In this document: positions 47,929-58,603 of the stretch, in pieces
How the letters are laid out: every line of letters begins with the position of its first letter
Numbering within the stretch: position 1 is the first letter of the stretch
Assembly: GCA_022340905.1 (NCBI GenBank)
Contig: JAJDNB010000014.1
Coordinates: forward strand, 1,227 to 65,226
Length of the DNA: 64,000 nt
Reading direction: 5' to 3'
Source: Deltaproteobacteria bacterium
GTDB lineage: Bacteria > Desulfobacterota > Syntrophobacteria > BM002
Position numbers and translations under genes: made by a program
Notes under the pieces: generated by a model
Told to the model about the DNA's origin: nothing
The model's database searches: none
The model's input: only the letters and a program-made list of their open reading frames with translations

Positions 47929-48088
47929 AAATCAATCTATTAGAAAATCATCTTAAGTTTATCTTATTGTCATGCAGGGGGCAACAGCTGGGGTATGGTC
48001 AATTGGCTCAGCCGTTATTGGGCAGAGAGCATAGGATCCAAATTTCGAATTGCGAAATTAAAAATCCGCAATCTGAAATCCGAAATCG

Positions 48089-49573
48089 TCAGCTAGCTTC
48101 TTGCAGGTAGAATTGTGCAGGTTGGAGTCCTAGCTTGGTCGGATGGTGACACTCCAAAACATTCCTCAAAAATGAGCCGGTTTTCTCATCCCGCTCCTCG
48201 AGGCTCAGGGTTTTGCCACCCTTGAGGCCGCCCTGGCCATCGTCTTCCAAAAGTAGTACCTCGGGTCGCGTTCTCTCATCATCCCTCGGGTAATCCACCA
48301 CAAGGCCCATTTCACCAGTATCGAGTTTCAGTATTGTCCCCACAGGATAAAGCCCCAGCATGTTGACAAACATCTTGAGCAGGATGGGATCATAATCTTC
48401 TCCCACCTTGCTCCACATCAACCTCAGCGCTTCATCCGGGCTGAAGGCTCGGGGTCGGTACTTGCGTTCTGAGGTAAGGGCGTCATAGGTATCTGCTATG
48501 CGCAGGATCTTGCCAAATAACGTCACCTTGTTCACAAAGTGGGTTTTGGGATAACCGGTTAGATTGTAGTTGAGATGATGTTCGAAAGGCCCGACGGCGG
48601 CCCTCGATTTCATTTCACGAGATGCGTGCAGGTTGAGCACCCTGTGCACTCCTATTAACGGGTGCTTCCGCATCTGATCCCACTCGCCAGTGTTCAGCAT
48701 GTCAGGTTTGAGAAGGATCTCTTTGGGCACCTCTACTTTGCCTAAATCGTGGAACATGCCACAAATGCCAAGCTGCTCGAGAAAGATCTGAGAAAGACCG
48801 ATCCTTTTGCCTAGGGCCATGGCCAGCAATGCCACATTCACCGAGTGAGTATAGGTATAATCGTCATAGTCGCGAATAGTGGTCAAACCCAGCATAAGAG
48901 ACTCATCGTCAAGCACCAGGTCCACCATGGTTTGTGCCAGACGTCTCGCTTTGCGAATTCCGGCAACACTTCGCTGGGAAACCTTCTGAGCCACCTCCTT
49001 GACTGCGACCATGGCGTGCATGTAACTTTGTCGAGCCTGTTCCTTCTTTTTCAATTCGAGCTCCGGTGGCTCCTCCATTTCCTTGAGAATCTCTACCCAA
49101 CTGATTTCATAGGCTTTAAATTGTTTCTCAAGCCAGCCTGGGGGATCTTCCCGCCCTGCCGACTCATTAAGCAACCGGGCAAAGATGACGAATTCCTTGA
49201 GTGAGCTCTGTTTAAAGTTTGGGCGGAAGATTAATCCACGGAGACCTCGCTGAGGGAAGTAGTCGAGCATCTCATTGATCAAGGAGAAAATTTCCTTGCG
49301 GTAATGGAGCTTTTCGCCCTGGATAAAGAATCTCCCCCGCCAAAGGAGCATTTCCAGTTCCATGCCACCAGAAATCTCCGAGAGGGCCTTGGCGAAATGC
49401 GTAATGGACTCCTTTATCAACTGGTTGTTTTCCTGATGAATCTTGACTGTGCTGATCATGTGGTGGAAGGCCTTGATAAACCTTCCTCCCAACACGCTCA
49501 GTTCTGCCTTTTGCTCCGTCACCTCAGTATCCTTGTCTCTGTTTTGCCTGGCCTTCCAATATTTTTCGGGCAA
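48089..49573 (-). CDS. HD-GYP domain c-di-GMP phosphodiesterase with an N-terminal DUF3391-like domain
   Basis: HD motif (MFHDLGK) and GYP motif (NLTGYPK) in the C-terminal half. Length is 494 aa. Confidence 0.8.
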   Translation of the reverse strand: MPEKYWKARQNRDKDTEVTEQKAELSVLGGRFIKAFHHMISTVKIHQENNQLIKESITHFAKALSEISGGMELEMLLWRGRFFIQGEKLHYRKEIFSLINEMLDYFPQRGLRGLIFRPNFKQSSLKEFVIFARLLNESAGREDPPGWLEKQFKAYEISWVEILKEMEEPPELELKKKEQARQSYMHAMVAVKEVAQKVSQRSVAGIRKARRLAQTMVDLVLDDESLMLGLTTIRDYDDYTYTHSVNVALLAMALGKRIGLSQIFLEQLGICGMFHDLGKVEVPKEILLKPDMLNTGEWDQMRKHPLIGVHRVLNLHASREMKSRAAVGPFEHHLNYNLTGYPKTHFVNKVTLFGKILRIADTYDALTSERKYRPRAFSPDEALRLMWSKVGEDYDPILLKMFVNMLGLYPVGTILKLDTGEMGLVVDYPRDDERTRPEVLLLEDDGQGGLKGGKTLSLEERDEKTGSFLRNVLECHHPTKLGLQPAQFYLQEAS

Positions 49574-51287
49574 TACCCTTCACGCTTGGAAAAAGGCTTT
49601 TGCTGGCCTCTTGCAACACCTCCCGAGACTCCTCTGTTCCCATGGACTGCAAGGCAAAGGCGGCGCCCTGTCTGTATGAGGTCTTCTTGAAACTTGGCAG
49701 CCAACCACGACCGAGCAGCATTTTTTTCAGAAAGGGAATCGACCGTTGTGAACCACACCTGCCGAGGGTTCTGAAGCAGGCAATAATGTGCTCGTCATCC
49801 GACCGCTTCATCTTACCCTCCTCGAGGTACTCCAACAGGAGGGTCTCTGAAACTTTGTTTCTCTCCTGTCCCATGTAACGCAGAAATAAGCGGCGAATAG
49901 CGTCGTTCTTGTCCTCGATGAGATGAAATAGCCCTTTGACGTCTATAGTTCCCCTGTTCAACAGAGGCTTCAATGCCTCGTGGCGGACCCGCGGTGAGGG
50001 ATGGTGGATCATTTTTGCTAGAATCTGTGTAGACCTCTCACCATCTATACGGCCCAGCACATAGACAAGTTTTTGTACCAACTCTTCCTCCGGCCTTGCC
50101 AGCATGGTCTCCAGGGGCTTAACATCTCGGTGGGCGAGCACAAGGATTACCTCCAGAAGCATTTTTTGCAGCGCTAAAGAGCTGGTTTCAATGAGCATTG
50201 CACCGAGAGTTTGGATGGCTTCAGGTTGAAGGAGAATCAGGACCTGCTTAATTTGGCTTATCTCGTCGGTATCCATGTCCAGCCAGGCTGTTTGTAAAGG
50301 CCTGAGGGATTTGGCGCTTGAGGCAGTGAGAAAGAAATTGTCAATCAATGGCAGAGCCCAGGTTGTCTCTGTCGCACAGGTTTTGCGAACGAAGTGTAAA
50401 CTTTTGAGAATTTTTAAGGTGACCTCGAATTGCTTGCGAGCAAGAGAATCGTGAAATACATCCTCCAGTGATTCGAGAACAGGAACAAAATTCTCCTTTT
50501 CTCGGAGCTCCATAAGGCTGTCCAAAAGGATATCCAAGTATTCGACTACGGGATCGCGCTTTTCCTCCGTGCGAACCATCTCCCGGAGTTCGGCCTCTTC
50601 CTCCGGCGTCATCTTTAGTGCTGACTGCTCTATGGGAGGAAAGCACTCCGACTTTGCACTTTCCTTGTCCTCTTCCTCCACCGCCTCACCATCTTCTTCG
50701 GCAGCACCAGGAGAAACCGTGAGGTCAAATTCCGGTTCAGCCCCCCAGAACATATCTGCAACGTAATACTGAATGTGGGGAAATTTTGCCTCCCATAGAG
50801 CGGTGACCAGGTCACCCTCAGGTTCGGCTGAAAGAACACGGTATCTATTGAGAAGCCGCAGGAACTGTTCTACCTCATCCGAGTCAATGCCTCTTTGCAG
50901 TTCCAGCCACTGAATGCCATCCCGGAAAAGGGTAAACGGGAGGTTACCTTCCTCCGGTGGCTCTGAGAGGATGACTTCACCCTGGAATATAAGTTTGTCT
51001 TTATCCAGATCGAATCGGAGATCGCCGTAGACTCTCAGGAACGTATCAAGCTGGAGCCAAAATTGCTCTAAAGCTCTTTCACAATTGACATGGTTTTCCG
51101 GATAGAGGGAATAGTTCTTTCGGGCGAGCTGCAAGCTGGTGAGCACCTTTTCGGCAGCCTGCCATTCCTCCTCACTGGGGCCGGTTAGCGTGTTATCAGA
51201 CTGTCTTTCCTCGACCGATGCCAATTGAATATCCTCTTTAGAGTCACTATCGCCCATGGGTAAGCCTTTTAAGTCCTTGCCCTGCAC
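49524..51287 (-). CDS. HEAT/PBS-lyase-like repeat protein with an acidic linker
   Basis: C-terminal HEAT-like repeats (SPRVRHEALKPL...; AIRRLFLRY...). Length is 587 aa. It overlaps the downstream HD-GYP gene by 50 nt, a likely operon. Confidence 0.6.
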   Translation of the reverse strand: MQGKDLKGLPMGDSDSKEDIQLASVEERQSDNTLTGPSEEEWQAAEKVLTSLQLARKNYSLYPENHVNCERALEQFWLQLDTFLRVYGDLRFDLDKDKLIFQGEVILSEPPEEGNLPFTLFRDGIQWLELQRGIDSDEVEQFLRLLNRYRVLSAEPEGDLVTALWEAKFPHIQYYVADMFWGAEPEFDLTVSPGAAEEDGEAVEEEDKESAKSECFPPIEQSALKMTPEEEAELREMVRTEEKRDPVVEYLDILLDSLMELREKENFVPVLESLEDVFHDSLARKQFEVTLKILKSLHFVRKTCATETTWALPLIDNFFLTASSAKSLRPLQTAWLDMDTDEISQIKQVLILLQPEAIQTLGAMLIETSSLALQKMLLEVILVLAHRDVKPLETMLARPEEELVQKLVYVLGRIDGERSTQILAKMIHHPSPRVRHEALKPLLNRGTIDVKGLFHLIEDKNDAIRRLFLRYMGQERNKVSETLLLEYLEEGKMKRSDDEHIIACFRTLGRCGSQRSIPFLKKMLLGRGWLPSFKKTSYRQGAAFALQSMGTEESREVLQEASKSLFPSVKGIARKILEGQAKQRQGY

Positions 51288-51515
51288 TCGAGGTGGAGCA
51301 AAAAATTGGCTAGAAGATTCTCTGCAAATTCCAGACCAAAGTCATTTCTCATTTCCCCATTCGGGAAATGGTGTCAGGTGTCAGGAAGAAAAAAACAGAA
51401 CCGCTAAACTTATACGCTGAATAGTCATCGCTGAACACTGAAACCTGAACCCTGAAACCTTACCGCCAAATTCATTCGCGTTTGATCTGGCCAAGGAGAT
51501 CTGGTTTCAGAGACC

Positions 51516-52802
51516 TTAAAGGGAGTGGATCAGTCCCAAAACAACCATCCAGGTCACCATAAGTGCAACCGCGGGTTTATAGATGTGCCGATAACTAGCC
51601 GCCAGGCTGGCCTTGAAATAGTCTTTTGTGACCAGCAGGCAAAGGTGAACAGGAGACAGCATCATGCCTACGTAGCCTGAAACATAGGCAAGGGACGCAT
51701 GCAGCAAAAAGTCAAGGGGTGAAAGTCCGGCAAAGAGAGGTACCAGAAGAGGGAATGTTGCGCCGACAAAACCAATGGCGATTCCGGTGATAAGACCGGA
51801 AATAAAGGGCATGCCCATAACGACCATAAGAAATGGAACTCGGTATCGGACCATTTCTTCTCTAATCTGCAACACGGCCTGGCTGTCTATGAGAGCTCCC
51901 TTAAAGGCCATAATGCCAAAAATGAGAAGAACCATCAGAAGGGTGTTACGATTCACCAAAGCTCTCCATAGGTCCATCAGGCCGAGCCTATTTGCCCCCA
52001 TGACCCAAATCGAGCACACCGCCAATCCAAGGATAAGGGGCAAGGAGTTGGGCAGATTCACTTTAATCCCTGCCCATGAAAGGCAGCTGCGCAACAAGGC
52101 CAGGAAAACGATGGACCCCACCACCAGCAAAATCGGCATGACTTCCCAGAGAAATGGAGCCAAAAGCCGTACTCCCCCGTTGCCAGCTTCATCTCTGTGG
52201 TTGTTAACTCGGAGAGGTTTCAGGAGAAAGATACTGCCCGCCGCTACAGAGAACAGGGTGAGGGGCGCCTGGATTAAAATGAAGCGCCACATTTCCACCT
52301 GCAATAGACTTACCGCCAAAACTACGCCGGGATAAAGCGGCCACCAGAACTCCCAGATATGACGAAACCAGTAATTCACCGCGGTTTTTCGATCCTGCGT
52401 CAGGGAGCACCCAGTAACAGCCGTCTCTACCATGGGAGCCGAAAAGAGCGCACCACCAGGCATGGGCAATAGCCCGATAAGGGCGGGCATGACCACACTT
52501 ACGGTGGAAGCACTTTTTACCATGGCAACAAAATTTTTGACAATACGGTCCAGCTGCCCCGAAACCTTCATCAGTTGACTCACCACCAGAATGAGACAAA
52601 TTATCGCCACCAGCTGTAGGGTCTCCATGCGGGTGAAACTTATTGCCAAACCGCGACCGATTTGTACCACCGGCTGCCCCATCCACAACCCCACCGCCAC
52701 AGCACCAACCAATAGGCTCAGGCTCAGGTGAAGCCGCAAGCGATTCAAGGTCAGGATTAGCCCGAAGCAGCAAAGAACTTTAATAAGAGCTGGAATGTGC
52801 AT
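51516..52802 (-). CDS. DUF401-family polytopic membrane protein
   Basis: A 428-aa protein with more than 10 TM segments. The DUF401 assignment is tentative. Confidence 0.55.
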   Translation of the reverse strand: MHIPALIKVLCCFGLILTLNRLRLHLSLSLLVGAVAVGLWMGQPVVQIGRGLAISFTRMETLQLVAIICLILVVSQLMKVSGQLDRIVKNFVAMVKSASTVSVVMPALIGLLPMPGGALFSAPMVETAVTGCSLTQDRKTAVNYWFRHIWEFWWPLYPGVVLAVSLLQVEMWRFILIQAPLTLFSVAAGSIFLLKPLRVNNHRDEAGNGGVRLLAPFLWEVMPILLVVGSIVFLALLRSCLSWAGIKVNLPNSLPLILGLAVCSIWVMGANRLGLMDLWRALVNRNTLLMVLLIFGIMAFKGALIDSQAVLQIREEMVRYRVPFLMVVMGMPFISGLITGIAIGFVGATFPLLVPLFAGLSPLDFLLHASLAYVSGYVGMMLSPVHLCLLVTKDYFKASLAASYRHIYKPAVALMVTWMVVLGLIHSL

Positions 52803-52887
52803 AGAAACGATTACCGCGGAACGACGAACGGGGAAGGCGGAATGTAAAAGACAGGATCCGCGTTCCCCGTTCCGAATTCCGAATTTT

Positions 52888-55800
52888 TTAGAACTTATAG
52901 CGTTCTGCCACTATCCGTTCCACTTCTTCCTCAGAGGGCATAGTGTCACGATACCCAGCCTGGTATTGATTTCTGAGCCACCTAAATAGGCTCACTGTTT
53001 CATTGACCAGGACTATTTCGGGGATATCCTCACCTTCATGGGTCTTTATATGGCGATTGTACTGCCCCAACATACTTACCACATCGTAAAAGGTTGCCGG
53101 CTCCCGCTTAATTTTCCTCTTGAAAGATCTCCCTTCGGTCGGATAAATGGACTCGGGCTCAGGGTTGGCCGAAATGTCCAGCCGATGAAATGGCCTTCGC
53201 ACTGCCACCTGCCATTTCCTCGACTCCACCATCATCCGTGACAGGAGAGGACCGGCCCAATCGTGGGTTTGGTGGCCCTGGGGACACACCGAAAAAAATT
53301 CCACCACTGATGGCCCGCTATAGGCAATGGCCTCCTTTAAAATCTTTATGGCGTAAAAGGGATTGTCAATACTCAGTTTGGCAGCATAGACATGAGAAAT
53401 TCCCATGGCCTGGCTAACAATCCTTCGATGGAGAGTGTTTTTGCCGCCATACTTCTGGCCTATGGGAGAGGTGGACCGGTCACAGCCGTAACGGGTGGCA
53501 CCGGATTTCTGAGCCCCCGTGTTCATATAGCCCTCATTATTATAGATTATCCAGGTAATATCATAATTTTCGCCAAGAGCGTAGTTGAAGGGGCCATTGC
53601 CTATATCGTAGATGGCACCGTCGCCGGCAAAGACTATTATCTTGCTCAGCACATTGTTAAAACCGTTGATGTAAGCTTGGTCCAGACTAAATTTAGCCCC
53701 CAGAGCTGCAGCAGAGGCTGTGCCGAAGCCGTAGTGGCCTGCCTGATAAATGCGGTCGTTGAAAGGATTTGCCAGCTCCGAAACTTCACTGCAGCCGGTG
53801 GCGGTAACAGTGTAAATATTGAAGCCGTAATCCAGCATGTGATCGATAGCTCGTCGGCTCTGTTCCGACAGAACCTTTATTCCCTGATAGAAGGTTGCTA
53901 TCCCCTGGGGATTATTGCGCAGGGATTCAGCGGCGAAGAAAGACAACAACCCAATTGTTCCCTCGCTGCAACCTGGACACAGGGTGTGTCTACCCGGGTA
54001 AAGTTTCGAGAATACGAAAAGAACCTGATGGTTGAGGGCCATCTGGTTCACATAAGGAGCTGCCTCGAGTGTCATGTCCAAATCTTGGTATTTTTCAGGG
54101 AGAAAATCAGCTTCGCTCGCCTGAAGCTTGTCAACCATTGTCAGTGCATCGACTGGGCACACCTGGGTACAGATGGCGCAGCCTTTACAGGCTTCGGGAA
54201 TGACGTTTATGTTCATGGCGAACCTATCCCAGGGGATTCCTCTGGGCGGTTTCTTGAATACCCGAAAGTAAGGTTTGGCACCATCTGGGATGGGCTGATC
54301 GGTAACGGTGGAATATAGTGCAGAGTCCGGGCAGGATGCAGCGCAGAGACCGCAGGAGGTACATTTTGATGGGTCGTACCTCGGAAGTTGAGTTCCTACG
54401 TGACTCATATCCCGGTACCTGCTGGTGGCAGCAGGCACCACGGAGAGAAACTTGTCCCATGGGACCTTTTTCCCTTCCACGATGGGCTGGACTATATGGT
54501 CATGGAAGGTCTGCTTGTAGTTATCTATAATGTTCACTGGTTTGATGGTGCCCATTTCATCCTTTTCTGTGAGGGAGACAGGAAGTCCAGCTGCCCTGCG
54601 CTTCTGTCCAAAGTTTTCCGGCTCTGCCACCTGATAGGGCAGGCAGGTTGTATCAACACCAACTTCGGAGGAAGAGCCGGTAGTTGCTAGAGAAGCTCCA
54701 TATCTAAGAAGAGCAATGTTGGACTCAATTACCTCTCTGCCCTTTTTAACTCCCATTTTTTCTTCAAAAACGCTTTTCAAGCGGCTCTCGAACTCGTCCT
54801 CCGGCAAAATGTTTCTTTCTTTATTGATCAATCCCAGCACGGCAGCGCCCGGCAAATTCCGATTCAAATGCTGGAGCGCTGCCCTGGTTGCATCTAGGGC
54901 TACAAGTTGGACTCGGCGATTTTTGATTAGTTTTTTCACCTGGGGAGGAAAAGAGCCCAGGATTTCCTTGGTGGTTCTGGGACTATTGATCACAAAGAGC
55001 CCGTGTGGCTTCAACCCTTCCACATTTTCCTGCAGGATGTGCCCAGAGGCAAACTTCTCGTTGAAGAAAGCCAACACGTCATACTCACTGAGTTGCGAAC
55101 TGTTACGAATGGGGTGGTTGCTTATTCGCATGTTCATGAAAACGGCAGCCCCTTTCCGCGCTGCACCATACCGTGCCCCTGACTGGATATATTTGCAACC
55201 TTCGCCCTTGTCTTGGGCGTAAACCAAGGCGGCTGTCTCCAGCGCTGTTTTCACTCCTTCGGCACCAATGCCGATAAAGTTCATCCCCAGTTCGCGCTCC
55301 TGGTAATCGGGGAGTTCAACCGGCTTCAACGTGTAAGGGCCTTTAATGCCCGCAAAAAAATCCCGGTGGAACCGGCCCCGCTTCCGGTCGAGACAGGCCC
55401 TCATATTCTCTATTACTGCTGCCGCATCATATTTGTTGAAATCTTTGCTTCCCAGACCGTAAACTCCGTGCAGAAGTGTGGGCATATCCTGGCGACCATA
55501 GGTCCGGTGTTCTTTCTTGCCCTCGCGGCCGGCCCTGTTGGAAACTTGCAGAGCGGCCTGGATATCTGCCATGAGTAGCTGATTGTGGGCCGTTCCACTC
55601 CGTTCAAGTACAGTAATAATCTTGGCGTTACGCACACCGTAAGCGAGCTCTTCGTAGCAGGGCGGAGTAAAGAGAACGGGGCGCACCAGACCCACTTTCC
55701 AGCCCTTGGTGTTTCGGTAGTAATCCACCACGTCTTTAACCACACCAGCCGCTGACCCCAAAATCAGAATGACCATGTCGGCGTCTTCGGTGCGGTAGCA

Positions 55801-56757
55801 TTCCACTACCTTGTGGTTGGTATCCAAAATCTGGTTCATCATTTCCATGGCCGCAACAAAACACCTTTTGATAAACCTGTAGGCCAGGTCCTGAGCCACC
55901 TGCCCTTCCATGGTTAGATCCATGTCGGTAAAAGTACCGGCAAGGTATCGCTGCTCAAAGTCAGGCTGGTACAAGCGATTTGCAGATCCCACAAAATAGG
56001 TGAGAAAAGAGTCAGAAAGGAGTTTGATGTTTTCCAAAGCGTGGCTTTTGATAAAACCGTCTCCAATGACCATGCAAGGGAGCATCACCTGCCTGGTCTC
56101 TGCCACTTTGAAGGCAACAGCCATAAGATCGTGCAGTTCTTGATTATCAGCCGACACCAGTTGGGCCCAGCCAGCATTTCTTACACCGTAGAAGTCTGTG
56201 TGGCCACAGTGTATGCTCAGTGAGCCTTTGTTTACCTCACGGGCCATAACGCTCATGACCACCGGCAGACGCTTTCCCGCCACAGAGAAAAGATTTTTTG
56301 TCTTGAGCACCAATCCTTGTGACGACGTATTGTCAGCGTAGCGGCCCCCCTGGCAAGCCATGGCCTCCACTGCCGCAATGGCTGACAGTTCGTCACTAGG
56401 CTGGAAATACATCAGTTCCCGGCCGAAAAGGTTCTCCTTCCCGTCTGCGGCAGCCTTGGCAAAATCTTCGGCAATGGCCGTTGACGGGGTTATGGGATAG
56501 CCGCAAAGCCCGTCTACAACCCTTTCAAACACAGACAGGGCTGCATGATTACCGTCCAACAGGACCTCCTCCCGACGCCGCATTTCCCCGAGGTCCTTTT
56601 TTGAGATGGAGGAAACGTCGAAGTTAAAGATATTTTTGGCATCAAACCTATCCCACTCATTCTTCCAATCGAATTCTCTTTTCTTGGCTTGCTCCAGCCT
56701 GATTTTGTAGAAAGGCAACTGTTTCTGCAAAGCCTCAATATCAACCCTTTGCTCCAT
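52888..56757 (-). CDS. Pyruvate:ferredoxin (flavodoxin) oxidoreductase family 2-oxoacid oxidoreductase, single-chain 1289 aa
   Basis: Domain I begins LDGNHAALSVFERVVDGLCGYPITPST. Two 4Fe-4S motifs are present (CTSCGLCAASCP; CKGCAICTQVCP). The TPP-binding motif is GDGAIYDIG. There is about 65 aa of extra N-terminus and about 200 aa of extra C-terminus relative to a typical NifJ. Confidence 0.85.
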   Translation of the reverse strand: MEQRVDIEALQKQLPFYKIRLEQAKKREFDWKNEWDRFDAKNIFNFDVSSISKKDLGEMRRREEVLLDGNHAALSVFERVVDGLCGYPITPSTAIAEDFAKAAADGKENLFGRELMYFQPSDELSAIAAVEAMACQGGRYADNTSSQGLVLKTKNLFSVAGKRLPVVMSVMAREVNKGSLSIHCGHTDFYGVRNAGWAQLVSADNQELHDLMAVAFKVAETRQVMLPCMVIGDGFIKSHALENIKLLSDSFLTYFVGSANRLYQPDFEQRYLAGTFTDMDLTMEGQVAQDLAYRFIKRCFVAAMEMMNQILDTNHKVVECYRTEDADMVILILGSAAGVVKDVVDYYRNTKGWKVGLVRPVLFTPPCYEELAYGVRNAKIITVLERSGTAHNQLLMADIQAALQVSNRAGREGKKEHRTYGRQDMPTLLHGVYGLGSKDFNKYDAAAVIENMRACLDRKRGRFHRDFFAGIKGPYTLKPVELPDYQERELGMNFIGIGAEGVKTALETAALVYAQDKGEGCKYIQSGARYGAARKGAAVFMNMRISNHPIRNSSQLSEYDVLAFFNEKFASGHILQENVEGLKPHGLFVINSPRTTKEILGSFPPQVKKLIKNRRVQLVALDATRAALQHLNRNLPGAAVLGLINKERNILPEDEFESRLKSVFEEKMGVKKGREVIESNIALLRYGASLATTGSSSEVGVDTTCLPYQVAEPENFGQKRRAAGLPVSLTEKDEMGTIKPVNIIDNYKQTFHDHIVQPIVEGKKVPWDKFLSVVPAATSRYRDMSHVGTQLPRYDPSKCTSCGLCAASCPDSALYSTVTDQPIPDGAKPYFRVFKKPPRGIPWDRFAMNINVIPEACKGCAICTQVCPVDALTMVDKLQASEADFLPEKYQDLDMTLEAAPYVNQMALNHQVLFVFSKLYPGRHTLCPGCSEGTIGLLSFFAAESLRNNPQGIATFYQGIKVLSEQSRRAIDHMLDYGFNIYTVTATGCSEVSELANPFNDRIYQAGHYGFGTASAAALGAKFSLDQAYINGFNNVLSKIIVFAGDGAIYDIGNGPFNYALGENYDITWIIYNNEGYMNTGAQKSGATRYGCDRSTSPIGQKYGGKNTLHRRIVSQAMGISHVYAAKLSIDNPFYAIKILKEAIAYSGPSVVEFFSVCPQGHQTHDWAGPLLSRMMVESRKWQVAVRRPFHRLDISANPEPESIYPTEGRSFKRKIKREPATFYDVVSMLGQYNRHIKTHEGEDIPEIVLVNETVSLFRWLRNQYQAGYRDTMPSEEEVERIVAERYKF

Positions 56758-57039
56758 GTTACTTCTCTCCTTAGCCTGTTAATCCTGCCGTAACGCTCTG
56801 ATTATTGAGAAACGAATTCACTGTGCCACCTTGACTGCAGGGTGTTTCTAACCACCCTGGGGAGTTCAAGGTCGCTTAGTCTGTGCCATGCCCTCGAGCA
56901 GGGAGGTTAATAGATCGCCCTCTTTGGAGTGGGGTAGTAGAGGGGTTGCATACACCGTGGCAAACGCCCTTGGTAAGGGAGAGGAAAATTCTAGATTAAG
57001 GACTAAGATTTGTCAACGTTCTGCCAGTGCTCAGGGTCA

Positions 57040-57265
57040 AGTGGTCAGATGGTTAAATCTTCAAACGGTGAGCGGCAAGCAGTAAGCATTTAGTTAATTA
57101 GGACATTAGAAAATTAGGGAATTAGGGCATTAGTCAAATGGTCGATTGGTCAATTGGGAAATTAGGCAAATCGTTAATTCGTCATCGTGGCCATTCATAA
57201 CCATTTGACTATTTGACATATTGACGATTTGACTTGCTGTCGTCTGTCCTCTGTTGTCTGTCTCT
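57040..57265. repeat. Mosaic intergenic repeat block containing a copy of the roughly 100-bp conserved element
   Basis: Contains ggtcagatggttaaatcttcaaacggtgagcggcaagcagtaagc, ttaggacattagaaaattagggaattagggcattag, and the core element at 57137..57240. It ends with gtcgtctgtcctctgttgtctgtc. Confidence 0.65.
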
Positions 57266-57270
57266 TGACC

Positions 57271-58158
57271 CTATGCCCCTGAATTCTGAAAGAATCTCAA
57301 CACGGTTCCATGAAAAGCCTCAGCAGACTCGAGGTAAATCAGATGACCACCGCTGAATTCCTCTAGGTCGGCGTCTGGGATTCGGTCAGCCAGAATGCGA
57401 CCATTTTCTGGCGGCACCAAAAAATCTTGCTCTGCTGTGAGAATCAGGGCCGGAGCTCTTATACGATTGAGACGGTCACAGGTTTGAAAGTCGCGGATCG
57501 CCTCGAGCTGTCTCTGTAGGGCATAGTCTGGTTGCCATGGAGCTTTAACCTGTCTTTCCCTATAGCGCTGTAACAACTCCGAACCGCTCTGCAGAAACTC
57601 AGGCGTGACCAAGAGATGGAGATTTTTATCAACGATTTCTTCTGGTGAGAGTCCTTTATTATCGGCAAACCGCCGGATCACCTCGGGAGCAGGTGGAATA
57701 CGCTCACTGCCGCCGCAATGGGTGCACCCCAACACCAGACGGGAAACTCTCTGTGGATGGTTAAGTGCCAGTTCCTGGGCAATCATACCACCCATAGATA
57801 ATCCCACCACGTAGGCCTGCTCCACCGCAGCAGCATCTAGTATGGCCGCGGCGTGATCGGCCATCTCCCCAATCCGGTAGGTTCGATCCGGCTTGGTGGA
57901 ACGGCCGGCACCTATATTATCGAAGACCATTACCCGGAAATAAGGAGACAATGCCTTGATACTTTCTTCCCAGGACCAGGTGCCGCCACTCACCCCGCTT
58001 ATCAAAAGCAACGGCTCGCCCCGGCTGTGACTCTCCCAATAGATTCGTACATCATCCACTAGTGCGTAAGGCATCACTATACTCCAGGACCGCACGGTGC
58101 ATAGGGCATAGGGCAGAGAGAAAGTAGTCAGGAGATAGTAGCCAGATTCAAGTTGCAA
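57271..58158 (-). CDS. Alpha/beta hydrolase fold protein
   Basis: Nucleophile elbow GLSMGG, preceded by HGxxGG-like and with a C-terminal His. Length is 295 aa. Confidence 0.85.
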   Translation of the reverse strand: MQLESGYYLLTTFSLPYALCTVRSWSIVMPYALVDDVRIYWESHSRGEPLLLISGVSGGTWSWEESIKALSPYFRVMVFDNIGAGRSTKPDRTYRIGEMADHAAAILDAAAVEQAYVVGLSMGGMIAQELALNHPQRVSRLVLGCTHCGGSERIPPAPEVIRRFADNKGLSPEEIVDKNLHLLVTPEFLQSGSELLQRYRERQVKAPWQPDYALQRQLEAIRDFQTCDRLNRIRAPALILTAEQDFLVPPENGRILADRIPDADLEEFSGGHLIYLESAEAFHGTVLRFFQNSGA

Positions 58159-58603
58159 GAGAATTTCAATTGACTTTATCTGAGCTACCGCCTCTTCGAA
58201 CCGCAGAATATCGAAGTAATCACTTCATCATTCTGCGGTTCCTTGTTCTGCTGTTCGATATTCAGTACTTTAGACCATCTTTGCCCGTCTCGCCCGACAT
58301 CCCTTCTCGCTGTACTCTATGCCCTGAGCTTTTGAGAGTCACAATGGCTGCCACATCTTTCCAGATTGAGAATTCACGGTCAAATAATTTTTGCCGGGCC
58401 TAGCCCGGATCTTTCATGAATGGGTGTAACAAGAATAAACCCTGGCAGACTTATGGAAAAGGTTATTTTCAACTCTCTTTTTCCGTGTCTTGACAGAAGG
58501 CCAAGAGGACGGATATTTTTAGGTGAGGACAGCATGCAATCCAGGGAAGCTCACCTACCGTTCACAGCATCTTTTACTGAGACAGTGTAACTAAGAGGTA
58601 TCG

